Shown here piece after piece: positions 25,778 to 37,253 of a stretch of DNA of 64,000 nt; position 1 is the first letter of the stretch, and each line of letters begins with the position of its first letter. Where the stretch lies: assembly GCF_024521635.1 (NCBI RefSeq), contig NW_026250409.1, positions 620,001 to 684,000 of the forward strand, written 5' to 3'. Both the position numbers and the translations under genes were made by a program. This DNA comes from Tricharina praecox (lineage: Eukaryota). The notes below the pieces were generated by a model. It made no database searches. It was not told the origin of the DNA and saw only the letters and a program-made list of their open reading frames with translations.

Positions 25778-27550
25778 TGTACATACAAAGCGCCAGCTGC
25801 ATCTGCATCTGCATCACAGACGGCACTTGGGAGCCCGGGGGGTACCTACAGTGCCTTGCGCTTCTGTAGAAGCGTCTTGAAACTGGGTTATAGCTAAGCT
25901 ACGCTACAGTACAGTAGGTACCGGAGTGCTGGGAATACCTACTGCAAATAGGGATATCGGCTGGTGTGAATCCCTATGTACATAGGGTGGTGATGCGGTT
26001 GACATTGAGCACGGAAAGCTATCTATGCACGACGAAAAAACATCAGCATCAGCCAAACTATGGACTGCCACTAACTACTGATTCCTGAGGGGGGAGCGGC
26101 CACCGACGCAGCCAACCTTGGTCCTTGGTCCTTGGTCCCAAATCAGCTTGTGCCGTCTCCCCAGGCTCCAGCTGCTTCGGGTGCTGTCAGTAACTAGTCT
26201 CCAGCCCATCTCTCTCGTCTCTCGTCTCTCGGATGCTGATGAGTACTGTTGACTACTGGCACATACTCCAAGAGCAAGAGCAGTCGAATTCCCGTAAGCC
26301 CATAGCTTATGTTCGACCCCGTGATGCTGAGAACTCGGAGAGCTCCATCAGCATCCTCGCCGCTGGCGGTGTCGACATTTCCAAACCATGTGGGCCGCAA
26401 ACGAGAACGCCGTATGTACTGTACACGTTCCCGTTGGTTGGTTGAAACTTGAAACTTGAAACCTCCCCAAGAAAGAATAAGTAGGTACAAGATGTCCGCC
26501 GAGTGACCGAGTCTGGGCTCTGGATTTCGGTCGTCAGCGTTCGTCCTGACTCCTGGGCGTCTCGTGTCCGGGCTTATATATGCCTTGGTCAACTTCAGCT
26601 TCTCTGCTTATACATACCTTGGTCAACTTCAGCTCCTAACCAGTGTAATTGAGTATAACGGGGTACTTGGACGTCCCTGTATGAGCTGGGCTGGGCAAGA
26701 GTGTTGAGGAGTCCGTTTCGGGGTGGCGCATATGTGTAGTAGAGGAGAGGAGAGAACCATGGTGGATCAGAAGCGCAGAGAAGTGTCACTATAGTAACCT
26801 TCAGTTCTTGTCCCGCAATCAAAGACGTCCTCCGAGTGCTGTCTGGAGAAAAAGAATGGTGAAGAGTGAGTTGTGATGGTTAGTGATAGTGATAAATCTA
26901 CGGTTAGATTCTGGAGATCCTACATATGACCATTTCCCGCTGCACTTTACGTCCAACTATAATCACCGATGGTACCGTTATCTTCGTGCAGAGCTCTGAG
27001 CGGCATTAGAAATGCTACCGGGGCCCGGCCCTCGACTCTGCAAATCCATCATCCACAATGACGAAAGCATGCTCGGTGTCACGCGGCTTAGATATACCTC
27101 ATGATGAGATTGGAAAGATGAAAACTGGGGAGGAGCACGGGGGGCTCTACTGCGATGGGTGACACTGATCGCAAAAAGCGTGGATGAGGAGGTTTGCTAT
27201 TCGGTGCGGCAGGCAGACATCACGTCGAAACGTATTGAGACTGTTGGCAGATATTTGAACGGTATCACATATGCAGCTTGTATCAACTAGCTCCCCGTAT
27301 CACATCATACCATGCCTCTCCGTGGATAGACTGTCCGATGCATTCTCAATCTCAATCTCGCTGGCCTACAGACAGCAGACAGCATAAAGACAAGGGGAGT
27401 AAATTTCCACCCCCAAAATGCATCCCACCCCCAGCATTATAAAACAAACACGCAACAGCAACAGCAACATCATCATAACCATCATAAGAGTTCGCCTCCG
27501 TACCGGTATTATACAGCCCTCCCCCCCCACCTCCCCCTCCCCTCCCCTGA

Positions 27551-28144
27551 TCAATCGCTACTAGCACACCCGCGACATCCACAATGCGTGCACTGTATCC
27601 CGGAGCTCTCCTCGTTGAGCCTGGCGCGGGGGACGCGACAGATGCAGGTGGTATTGAAGTTGTGTTCCTTCGCCTGTATGCAGCGCATGCAGCAGAGCTT
27701 CTCGTAGCCTTGTTTCTTCCTGTGTATTCACAGCATCAGTCTCCTCCCTCCTGGAGCAGATGGAGCAGATGGATGGACAACGAACCACTTCGCGATCAAG
27801 TTCGCGTCGCCATATCCGTTCTTCAGCAGCCAATCATACAGCGACTTAGAGATTGCCTCCTTCTTGTAGTAAAGCTCGTAGACGTATCGCGACCCTGCGT
27901 TTCCCCCATCTCTATCAGCAACCCATTTTTTTTTTACCCTCAAGATGCCCCCCCCCCGCAATAGCTTACGTTGGTGCGAAATCCGGAATATGTCCCACGT
28001 GGCCTCGTTCTTCTTCTTGCCCTCGTGCGGCGCCGCCTCCGCGTCCTTCATCTTGTTCGCAAAGTCCAGCAGCGTGTCCTCGATCTCCTCGAAGCCCTCT
28101 GGCGGCGGCTTCTTGGAGCCGCGCGTGTGGCGGATAGGCGGCAT
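27551..28144 (-). CDS. BUD31: Splicing factor Bud31/Cwf14 (G10); 3 exons, introns about 27969-27894 and 27786-27721
   Basis: [82 protein letters not shown]. Confidence 0.96.
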
Positions 28145-28615
28145 CGTGTAGGAGTGGGTGATGGGGGGGTCGAGGGTAGTGGGTGGTGGGTGGGTGGTGG
28201 TGGTGGTGGTGGGTGGTGCGAGGTGGTTGTGGTGGTCGAAGCTGGTGGTGCGAGGCGTATGTCGGTGGATGTGCTATGATGTCGCGAAGCAGGAAGTACG
28301 AGTACAACATACGTGTGGCATCGTTGACGGATATTGCCGTGACACGATGGACACGTGATGTACAGAAAGTCATGCTTATCACTCGCATTTGGATTTTGTC
28401 CCGACACTTCATTTCCATCTAATCCATTCGGAATTACCCATCATAATCGATCTCTCCAGATCGACATGCGTATGTACAGCACACAGCACACAGCAACATC
28501 AACAAGCAAAGCAAGTAAATAGACCGCACAACCACAACCTCCAGTCCTCTTCAACAGCAAAAGACCGCTCGGAACAACCGCAAGAAAACCATCAAAACAC
28601 TGTCTCATCTACCAT

Positions 28616-31600
28616 CTAGCCAAAATTCATCTTCAGCGCAATACTCGGCTGGCCACTCCCCACTACCACCTCCCTCCTCGGCCCAGCAACATTACTCCTC
28701 AAGACCTCCTCCATGTATGTCCTCTGCCTTGCATCCAAGTTCGCCACCACCGCTTTAAACGCATTCTGGTCTGTCTGTGCGAGCTCGAGCAGTCTCGTCG
28801 CGGTTTCCCTTCCCACCTCGGGGGTGCCATCGATGCGTGCACGTTCCAGCAGCATTGGCACGAACAGGCTAATTGCGACCTGCATCTGCGTCTCGCCAAA
28901 GAGCGTACGTGCGAAAGTGGTGAGGATGGCACACACGGCTCCGGTTGCGGGCGTGGAGGGCGTGGTCGTCGTGACAAAGTTGATCAGCTTGGGGAGAAGA
29001 TTGCGGATTATTTCTTGGTCACAGGCGGTTTTGGGGGAGGACATGACGAGCGACCGCGTACATTGTACGGCGATAGTGGAGGTAAGGGGGTCGTCCAGGG
29101 AGCTGAGGATTTGGTCGCAGAGCTTGGGTAAGTGCTCTTCATTCGTCGGCAGGATGTTGACGCCGGCGGTAACGACGATTGTGGCGGCCATCAGGGTGTT
29201 TCGGACGCAGGGGATGCCGACTTCACCGCGGATTCTAGGGCTGTCAGTGATTGTTTGGTAGGAGAGGGGCGAGCCACATACTTAGCGTGTTCGAGGACCC
29301 GCATGATGCTGCTAAGGCAGCTGCGGGCCTGCATGACCACAAGATCCGCATCATTCTTACTGGATCCCTTCGTGAGGATCGTGATGAACCTCTTGAATAT
29401 GGGCAGTGAACGAGGGACGACATCAGACTGACAAACACCCGTGCCAAAAATCGCTAGATACCACATTGTCAGCCCGCTGTCTTGAGCAACCAGTCAAGGC
29501 AAACCTACTTGTAAAGACATGCAGAATCGACGCGTACAGATCCATCCTAATGACCGCCGGGAAGACCTCGGCCGCATCCACCAGGGCATCCAGACTGACT
29601 CTGATCAAGTTTGTAGCCTCATCACTCAGCTGCTGTCGGATCTGTGTCTTCAAATCGACAAGGTTCGGCAACAAGCCGGCAAGGACCAGCACGATCAGAC
29701 GGGTCAGCTCAAACAACTGGTCAATCTCCTCCGTCAACCCATCGGCGCTCTTGGCATCCTTTCCACCCTTCTTCCGGGCCGCGGGGTGCTCCACACATAG
29801 TGCTCGGGCAATGTCCACGATTGCCGACTGTACTGCCAGGCCTTCCGTGAGAACAAGTCTATCCAACAGGTCCATCGTTTCTGAAAATATGGTGTCCTGG
29901 TAGATTGCATGGCCGCAGACAGATGGATGCAGAATCTTCTTAAGAGCCAGCAGAATCTCCAAGGTCTGCTCCTTTGTGGCCAGTGAGTCCACGCCCGGCC
30001 GTGCGACCAGCGCCTCGAACGCAATACCAAACAGCACGAAAAAGAACGCCACCGGCTCGTCTCTATAGTTAATATCGTCGCGGGGTTGCGTCGTGCTCAT
30101 GACCGCTCCTGGAGGAGAAGACTTCCCATCCAGAGCGTCGAAAACGAACTGACTGTCCTGTTCAATCAAACTGGCGATCGCATCGACCAGCTTCAACCAA
30201 GAGTCCTGATAGAAACCGAGCAAAGTCTCGCGGTTGAGGGCAGCATAGATCGTTTCGATCGACCCACCAATTGACGAGGATCCCGATCCACCGGCAGAGA
30301 TATCCGGCTCAAACCGCAACCGTGCAAACTCCCGTAGCGACGAGAGCCACATCGGAGCAAGCGTGGTGATATGGGGCTTAACGACATCAACCAGATATGA
30401 TTGCTCCAGACTGGCCACTTGAAGCTCTGCCCAGGCCCTGAGTACCGCCATTTTGACCATAACCTGGGCATTGGAGCTAAGTCCCTTCAAGTCCCCAATT
30501 GATGCGTTCTCCGCATCCGCTGTATAAAAGTTAGCACTCTTGTGCAACTGGCAATGTGTCACACAACTCACTCGAAAAATTCTCCAGTGCCTGCGTAACG
30601 AGCTTCAAAATCCTGCCCATGCGATCAATGTCCTTCACGATACCGGTTGCAATAAACGCAGCGCCAACATTGACCGCCTGCGTCGCCAACTCCGGGCTCG
30701 AATCCACGGCAAATGCCGGCGTCAATGCACTTCCAATCTGCGCCTGATACTGCTCCAGCAGCGGTGCATCCGGGAAATCCGGGTCCGCGGTGTGTCCAAA
30801 CATTTTGAGCACCTGATCGATAATCCTCAGACCACCGATCCTGAGATCAACCACATTCGCGGTAGACGCGGAGAACGCCATCTTGATGATATCACCTATC
30901 TTTTCGAGGAGCCTCTGCTGCAGTGGTGACTCTGGATTCCTTGCCAACTCCTCTGCAGAAAGCGACAGTAGTTCTCCTAGCAACTCTATTGCAAAGGTCC
31001 GTACCTGCCATCGCAGTGGCTCCTGTCCCGTCGGCTTTGACTCGGCCTCGTTGCCAGCCATGCCCGCGACTTCCTCATCATTAAGATCCGTCGTTGTCCC
31101 GCCGGTAGGCTTAGGTACTTCGTGTACGGCAAGACCGCCCTTCCTCTCCACCGTCTTTGTCATAACCATCTGGCAGCGATCCACCCACTCACCCGTCTTA
31201 GTGATTCCTGTCTGTCCCATCCAGTTGCGTACGATATTCCGAACACCTTCGTGTGTGGGATTTTCGTCTAGCGTAATCCACAACTGCTCCTCGAGCTTCG
31301 GGTCGGCCGTCTTGAGGATCCTCTCTGCATGAGCCTTCAGGAGCTGGTACAATCCATCCACGGCAACATTCCTCATCTCGCCGTCGTCGGATCCGAGTCC
31401 CTGATGCAGCATCTTGAGGTACCGGGTGACATCCACATGGCCGAGTGCAAACATCGAGAAGTGTTCCAGGCAGCGGAGCGCTTCCATCACCGTGAGGTTG
31501 TCAGATTCCTTAAGGAACTGATCGACCATGGTTAGAATCAGCTCGCGCACTTTGCTCATGTCCTGGAGTTCCGGGCCGAGGACACCGATCAGTGAGTCGA

Positions 31601-34600
31601 TGCAACGGACAAGAATTCCCGTGGTTGGCAGCTCCAGCTCCAGATTCGAGGTCGCCAGTGAAGAGACTTCGGCGTTATGCGTTTCAGCAACATACAGCTG
31701 GGATAACATTCCCATCGTGCTGGACACATATCCCGAGAAGGTCAATCCAGCCGAGTCGATGGTCCTAGCCAGACCTTCCAGCGCCCAGAAATGTACGATC
31801 GGGTGCGGATCGCTGCTAAGGGACATGAGAATCCCAACGATAGTCTTGAGATGGAACCCGGCAGCCATGCCACCGACATGGGAGTGTATACAGCCCAGAG
31901 CTACCGCGGAACCAGCGCGAGCATTCGGATCTCGATTGTTGACGACCGTATCGACCAGCCATTTGATGATATTCCCGGTGAAATTATTCCCGCCGATGCT
32001 GCAAAGCCTTCCCAGCGCTTCATAAGCGATATTTCTAACGAATGGGTCTGGAAGAACCACGAAGCCCTGAAGCAGTTCGGAAATGATCTTGAGAACGCTA
32101 GGAGCACTAAGATTCGCGCCCGGCACCTCACCGCTGACGGTCAACTTGGTCACGCCGAGGAGTGCCACAGCGACGTTAACGGTCATTGCGGCCTTCCGTC
32201 CTGGGTCCCGCTGGAGGGTATTTGATGCTAGGAACGTGGCGATCTGCTCCAAGATACTCTCTTGAACCTTTGGCTGCTGGATCGGCAGGAGCGCGGTGAA
32301 TAGATCAATCGCCGAGTTGACAACTGCCGTAGCCGGTGGGGCAGGCGACGCCTCTTCCCCCTGCGGGTCGGAAAGGTACAGGTTCACCGAGTCATGCTCG
32401 ATTGACCCAATAACTGGCGTATGCAGCGAATCCTCGATCCTAGCATCCGGGCTATCCCTGGTCATCCAATGCTTAATAGTCTTCTTGCTTCCCCGGCCCT
32501 CAAACGCAAACGCATCCACATCGTAGCCCTTAACACACGAGGTGACACCGTACGCGTAATTATCCGCGATCTCCCATAGACTTTCGAAGTTGCTTGCCGT
32601 GGCGATGGCGGTGCTGAGCGACGACGGCGTGTACTTTTCCGGATCGGCGAAGAAACTCACCGCAATCGTCAACAGGTTTGCCTGAACCGCCTCGGCGTGT
32701 GAGAGCTTGACGAGCTTCACATAGCATTGCAGCACTCGCCGTCGCACCATAAGGTCAAAATCGAGTAGTTGGAGCGACTGTTGCAGGAGCTGCGTGACGT
32801 CATCCGTGGTCTTGCGGGATGGCAGTCCGTTCAGGAAGAGCGTTGAATTCTGCAGCATCGCTGCTATCCGCTTGGAGACATCGGTCGTCAGGAGGCGGTG
32901 ATTGAACTCCAGAAAGGAAAGAATCGACCCGAGCGCGCACTCCCTCACATGTGCCAGGAACGAGAGCTCCAGCATCGACCGCTCCGTCGTCGAATCCTTC
33001 GCGAGCGGTTTGGGCAATGCATTCTTCCACAGCAGGAGAAGCTGCGAGAGATGTATCTTGACAAAATTCGGTCCCAGCGCCATCAGTCCGCCGATGATGA
33101 TCCATGCCACTTGAATCTGTGTGCTCGAGATCCGGAGCTCGTACTCGCCACTGGACTTCAGCAGGTTTGTGGCCATGGAAAGGATGCGGGATGTGACATC
33201 CACCGACGCGTACAACGGCTGTACAGGGGCGGTACTTATGGCCGCGGCGAGTCCATTGGCATATCCGGTGCACCGCCGTATGGTCTCCGTCGATAGTGGC
33301 CGGCGAGTGGTCAGTTGCGTCAGTTCGCGGTTGACATTGTTCATGCAGATAGTGAGGATCGGGAGCAGCTGAGATGGAATGGCCATGACGAATGCCCGTA
33401 GACACCAACTCGTCGTGATCTGAACCGAGTAGTTTGGATGCTGGATGACCTGCAAGAGCCCATCTCTAATCGCATCCTGTATTCCCGTTGTGGCGGATCC
33501 CAAGGCCTTGATGAGAGACGACAATGCATGCAATGCACCGATGAGTGTGTGTTTGCTGGGCTCGGGCTTGTCCTTGATGACCTGTGGATAGTCCTTGATG
33601 GTGTCGTTCACCAGCGTCCGTGCGGCATTCAGCTGGCCGGTCTCCCCCAGCAGCCTCTGTCCGATCACTTCCTCCAAGATGACCCTTACGTATTTCCTCG
33701 TAGTCAGCAGCCGGAATCTGTTGGCAGTGATTACCGGGCTTGACAGCAGTTTTACGAGCAAGTGATTGGAGATGGTAGCGTAGTTTGATTCCACAATACT
33801 CGTGCCAAAACGCATCATAACTTCTACATATGTCTGCGCAATACCCGCACGGACTCGCGGCGGTGTCGTTGTCTTTGTATACTGTCCAGAGAGCTGCCGC
33901 AATATTTCATCCAGTGACAGAGCCATCCGTACTACCGTCTTCTTCGACGGGGCCGGCGATCCTGGTCTTTCCATTACCACCCTGTCGTCATCTTCAAGTG
34001 CCACCGACGATCGCTTCACCTTCTTAGCCTTCTTGAGATTCTTGTTGATCAGCATCTCCGGATCGGTCGAGTATGCCTGGACCAATGTCAAAGCCAGGCA
34101 CGAAGCAGCAGCCCTCCGTACATTCGCTGACTGTGTGTCGAATGCCTTGAGTATTGAGGCTTGTAGTTTCTCGTAATCTTGAAGTGTAGTAAAGTAAGGC
34201 GTGCTCTTGAGCATATCTTCCAGACACTACCGGCTCACCCATCCACATCAGTAATTCGCGACCCTGAGAGATTCCGGCGAAAACTACCTGTAAAGCCGAA
34301 GCTTGCACGACCGCCGCCTTGTCCCCAGCGGCCGCATTCCTTGCTGACTTCCATATATCCCTTGCAATGGATTCATCCGCCATAGGGCCAAGCAGCTTAA
34401 AGACGTTTCCCATAGCCCTGAGCGTAGTACTCCTGACACCGCAATTATTTCCAGAGTTCTTCAGAAGCTTCAACAACGAGCTGCAAGCAAACGTCGAGAC
34501 CGATATAGCACTGTCACCCGCAACCGCAAAGATCTCCCCTAGACAATGCGCCGCCGCATGTTTCGTCCGTACGTCTTTATCCTTCCCGCCATTGATGATG

Positions 34601-34911
34601 CCAACCAGCTCGTTAACCGAATCGTAGAGTAGCTTCCGGTCGCCCTTGGAGAACACTCCCGAGAAGCACCGGCCAAGGATGTTGCGTGTTAACCGTGTGG
34701 GCGCCGGCACGGTGAGCTGGATAACTTTTAGGAGCTCGCGCTGGACGAACAGCTGGTAGGCGGAGGCACCGTCCGCGTCGAGCCGCTCGACCAAGCGCTC
34801 GATGCTCGTCAGGAAGTTGAGAACGTATAGCTGCTGCTGCGGCTCGTCGGTGATGGCGGAGAGCTTTATGAGGTCCAGCTGAACAGCCTCGGGGGCTATC
34901 TCGACAGCCAT
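28616..34911 (-). CDS. LAA1: Large HEAT-repeat AP-1 accessory protein Laa1/Sip1/HEATR5, about 2000 aa; introns 34287-34227, 30571-30520, 29508-29454, 29281-29235
   Basis: Five frames join through canonical introns. HEATR5 motifs include VKIHLSQLLLLWKNALP, HSHVGGMAAGFHL, PLRWQVRTFA, LLEQYQAQIGSALTPAF and the terminal PSIALKMNF. Confidence 0.88.
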
Positions 34912-35167
34912 TGTGGGCGAGTGCCGTGGAGGGGGGTAGCGTAGTAGTGCGTGGGAAGTATCAGGGTTCACGGAGGAGAGATGGTGGAGATGCGGTATAC
35001 TACGCACAAGAGGGGGACAGCTGCGCTGGTTCAGGAGCAGCAGCCTGTCATGCCAAGACGCGAGTAGGTCCCGGCGGGCTCCTGATGGCTCAAAAATAGT
35101 TAACCTTGAATGAATATTCCACCTCCGGACCCCGCCGTCGCCATTCCCCCACCACAACCGTCTCACG

Positions 35168-36137
35168 ATGCGCACTCCAGTATTTCGGACATTCCAATGT
35201 CTCTGCCGCGCTTCATTCGCATCGACGGCGTCGATCAATGCCACCGCTAATGCCACCACATACACCTGCCGCCGCCCTGCCACACAGGGAATCCGCACGT
35301 TCACTTCCACCTCCACCACCGCCTCGGGCCACAGCCGCTGGTCCAAAATCAAGCACGACAAAGCCAAAGTCGATGCACGGCGAGGCGCGGGCTACTCCAA
35401 GCTGAGCCAGGAAATCAGCTTTGCGGTGCGCGATGGAGGCACCGATCCCTCGAATCTCCGGCTCAAGGCCGCCATTGAGGCCGCAAAAAAGGGTTAGTGT
35501 GAGAACTCCCCTGTTGTATACTACCTGCCATCGGGGCTGATTCTAATTTACACCAGCCGGCATGCCGAAGGATCGGATAACCACGGCCATAGGGCGCGGA
35601 CAGGGCAAGTCTGCCTCCGGCGTCGCGCTGGAGCCCGTATCGATCGAGGCCATCGGCCCCGGAAAGGTCGCGCTGGTCATCGATTGCTCCACGGATAATA
35701 AGTTGCGCACGCTACAGGATGTCAAGTGCATCCTCACCAAGCACAACGTGCAGATTACGCCGACGGCCTACCTGTTCTCGCGGAAGGGACTCGTGCGTAT
35801 TTTAGCAGAGTCGGGAGGACATACGTTTGATACCGTGCTGGAGACCGCCCTGGAGATCGAAGGGACTGAGGACGTCGAGGAGGTGGCCGAGGGGGAAGAT
35901 GGGAAACCCGAGATCTTGATTACCACAGAGCCGGCGCAGATCAAAGTGGTCGCTACAGAAGTGAAAGAGAAGCTTCCGGGACTCGAGATCATCACCTACG
36001 GCATCGAGTGGGTGCCGAACGAGGATACCATGATCGAAGTGGACAAAGAGAGGACGGCCGATTCGCTGGAAGAATTGCTGGCAAAGCTAGAAGATGTGCC
36101 TGAAGTTAACGACATTTATACCAATGCAAAGGCATGA
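35168..36137 (+). CDS. TACO1: Mitochondrial TACO1/YebC-family translational regulator (yeast Dpc29-like); intron about 35493-35556
   Basis: R/S/T/A-rich presequence, then SGHSRWSKIKHDKAKVD, N.RL..AIE.AKK.GMPKD.I..AI.RG, EAIGPG.VALVIDC.TDNK.RT, terminal IYTNA. Confidence 0.88.
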
Positions 36138-36632
36138 GAGAATAACCTTTATTCTCTCAGTTGTAGACGGCACGAGATGGAACGTGTATATTGCTTGTAC
36201 CATATACTTGACGATAGAGCAATCTCAGCCCCACTGATGTTTCAATACCTATTCCAAAGTGAATTGCGAAGTAACCATTGTGGTAGCCATGGCGAGACGT
36301 TACTTATAGGGTGAAACAGAACCCGCTGAGATACTTCAGATCATACCGCTCTGAAACCGAGCATTCAATTGCAATCATAACAAACATTGAGGTATAGCAA
36401 CCATGATATAACACTGCCAGACCAACAGACCAACACCTAAAAAAAGATACAGACGTTTCTCGACAACTCCCAACTCCGAAACTCGGCATGACCCCGCACA
36501 TCAAATATATATGTAAAACCTTCTCACGACGAATGGTACGCAAAAATAAAAGAAGGAAGGAAGGCAGGAAGGAAAGAAAGAGAAAAGCAGATTTCGGAAG
36601 CAGAGTTCGGAAGCAGAATTCGGAATTTGGAA

Positions 36633-37253
36633 TCAAAAGGTCTGATGCAGATACTTGTCGGGGTCAGTAACCCTGGCGCGAATGGCATACAGGTAGCTCG
36701 CGCGGAATTCATCGGTAGCATCCATCGTCTCATACCACGGGTACCAGCAATACTTAAGCACCAGAGCCAGCGTGAGACATCCGCCGCAGATGTCCTTCGT
36801 CTCGTGGTCGGGATCGTGGCTCAAGATGAGATGATAGCGACGAGTCGTCATCGTCTGGGCGTAGGTACGACGATTCAGTTCATCGGAGAAGTACCAATCG
36901 CAAAACTTGCAGTCCTTGAGTGCGGCGAGATACTGCGTCATGGTCTCCTCGTCGGTTAGGCCGCGGGCGATGGTGCGCTCCATCAGGGTGCGGAGCTCTT
37001 TCGGACGAAGCGAGAAGCAGCACGCGCGAAGCTGACGACTTGTCATTGAGAGGGCCAGGTAGTCTTGGCTCGTGTGCAGGTGGGTCGAGAGGTAGACGAG
37101 GAGCTCGGGCGGGAGCGAGAGGAGCGTAAGCTTTGGATTTTCGGCAGGAACAGCAGCAGCAGAATCCCGCTGTTGAGAGCCGGGCATTAGGGACTGTGGT
37201 TTTGATATCGGGGTCGTCCGTGGAGATGGGCAACTTACCGCGGGTGTAGCCAT
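36633..37253 (-). CDS. F-box-like protein of about 206 aa, intronless, probably lineage-restricted
   Basis: LTLLSLPPELLVYLSTHL..SQDYLALSMTSRQLR is an F-box signature. Likely start MATPAV at 37253; the upstream part of the 351-aa ORF looks non-coding. Confidence 0.7.
   Translation of the reverse strand: MATPAVSCPSPRTTPISKPQSLMPGSQQRDSAAAVPAENPKLTLLSLPPELLVYLSTHLHTSQDYLALSMTSRQLRACCFSLRPKELRTLMERTIARGLTDEETMTQYLAALKDCKFCDWYFSDELNRRTYAQTMTTRRYHLILSHDPDHETKDICGGCLTLALVLKYCWYPWYETMDATDEFRASYLYAIRARVTDPDKYLHQTF

Noticed and set aside
34912..35367. Open in-frame N-terminal extension of LAA1 overlapping TACO1 exon 1
   Set aside because: Explained as an antisense shadow of GC-rich TACO1 codons. ACAATGG at 34911 is a good start context.
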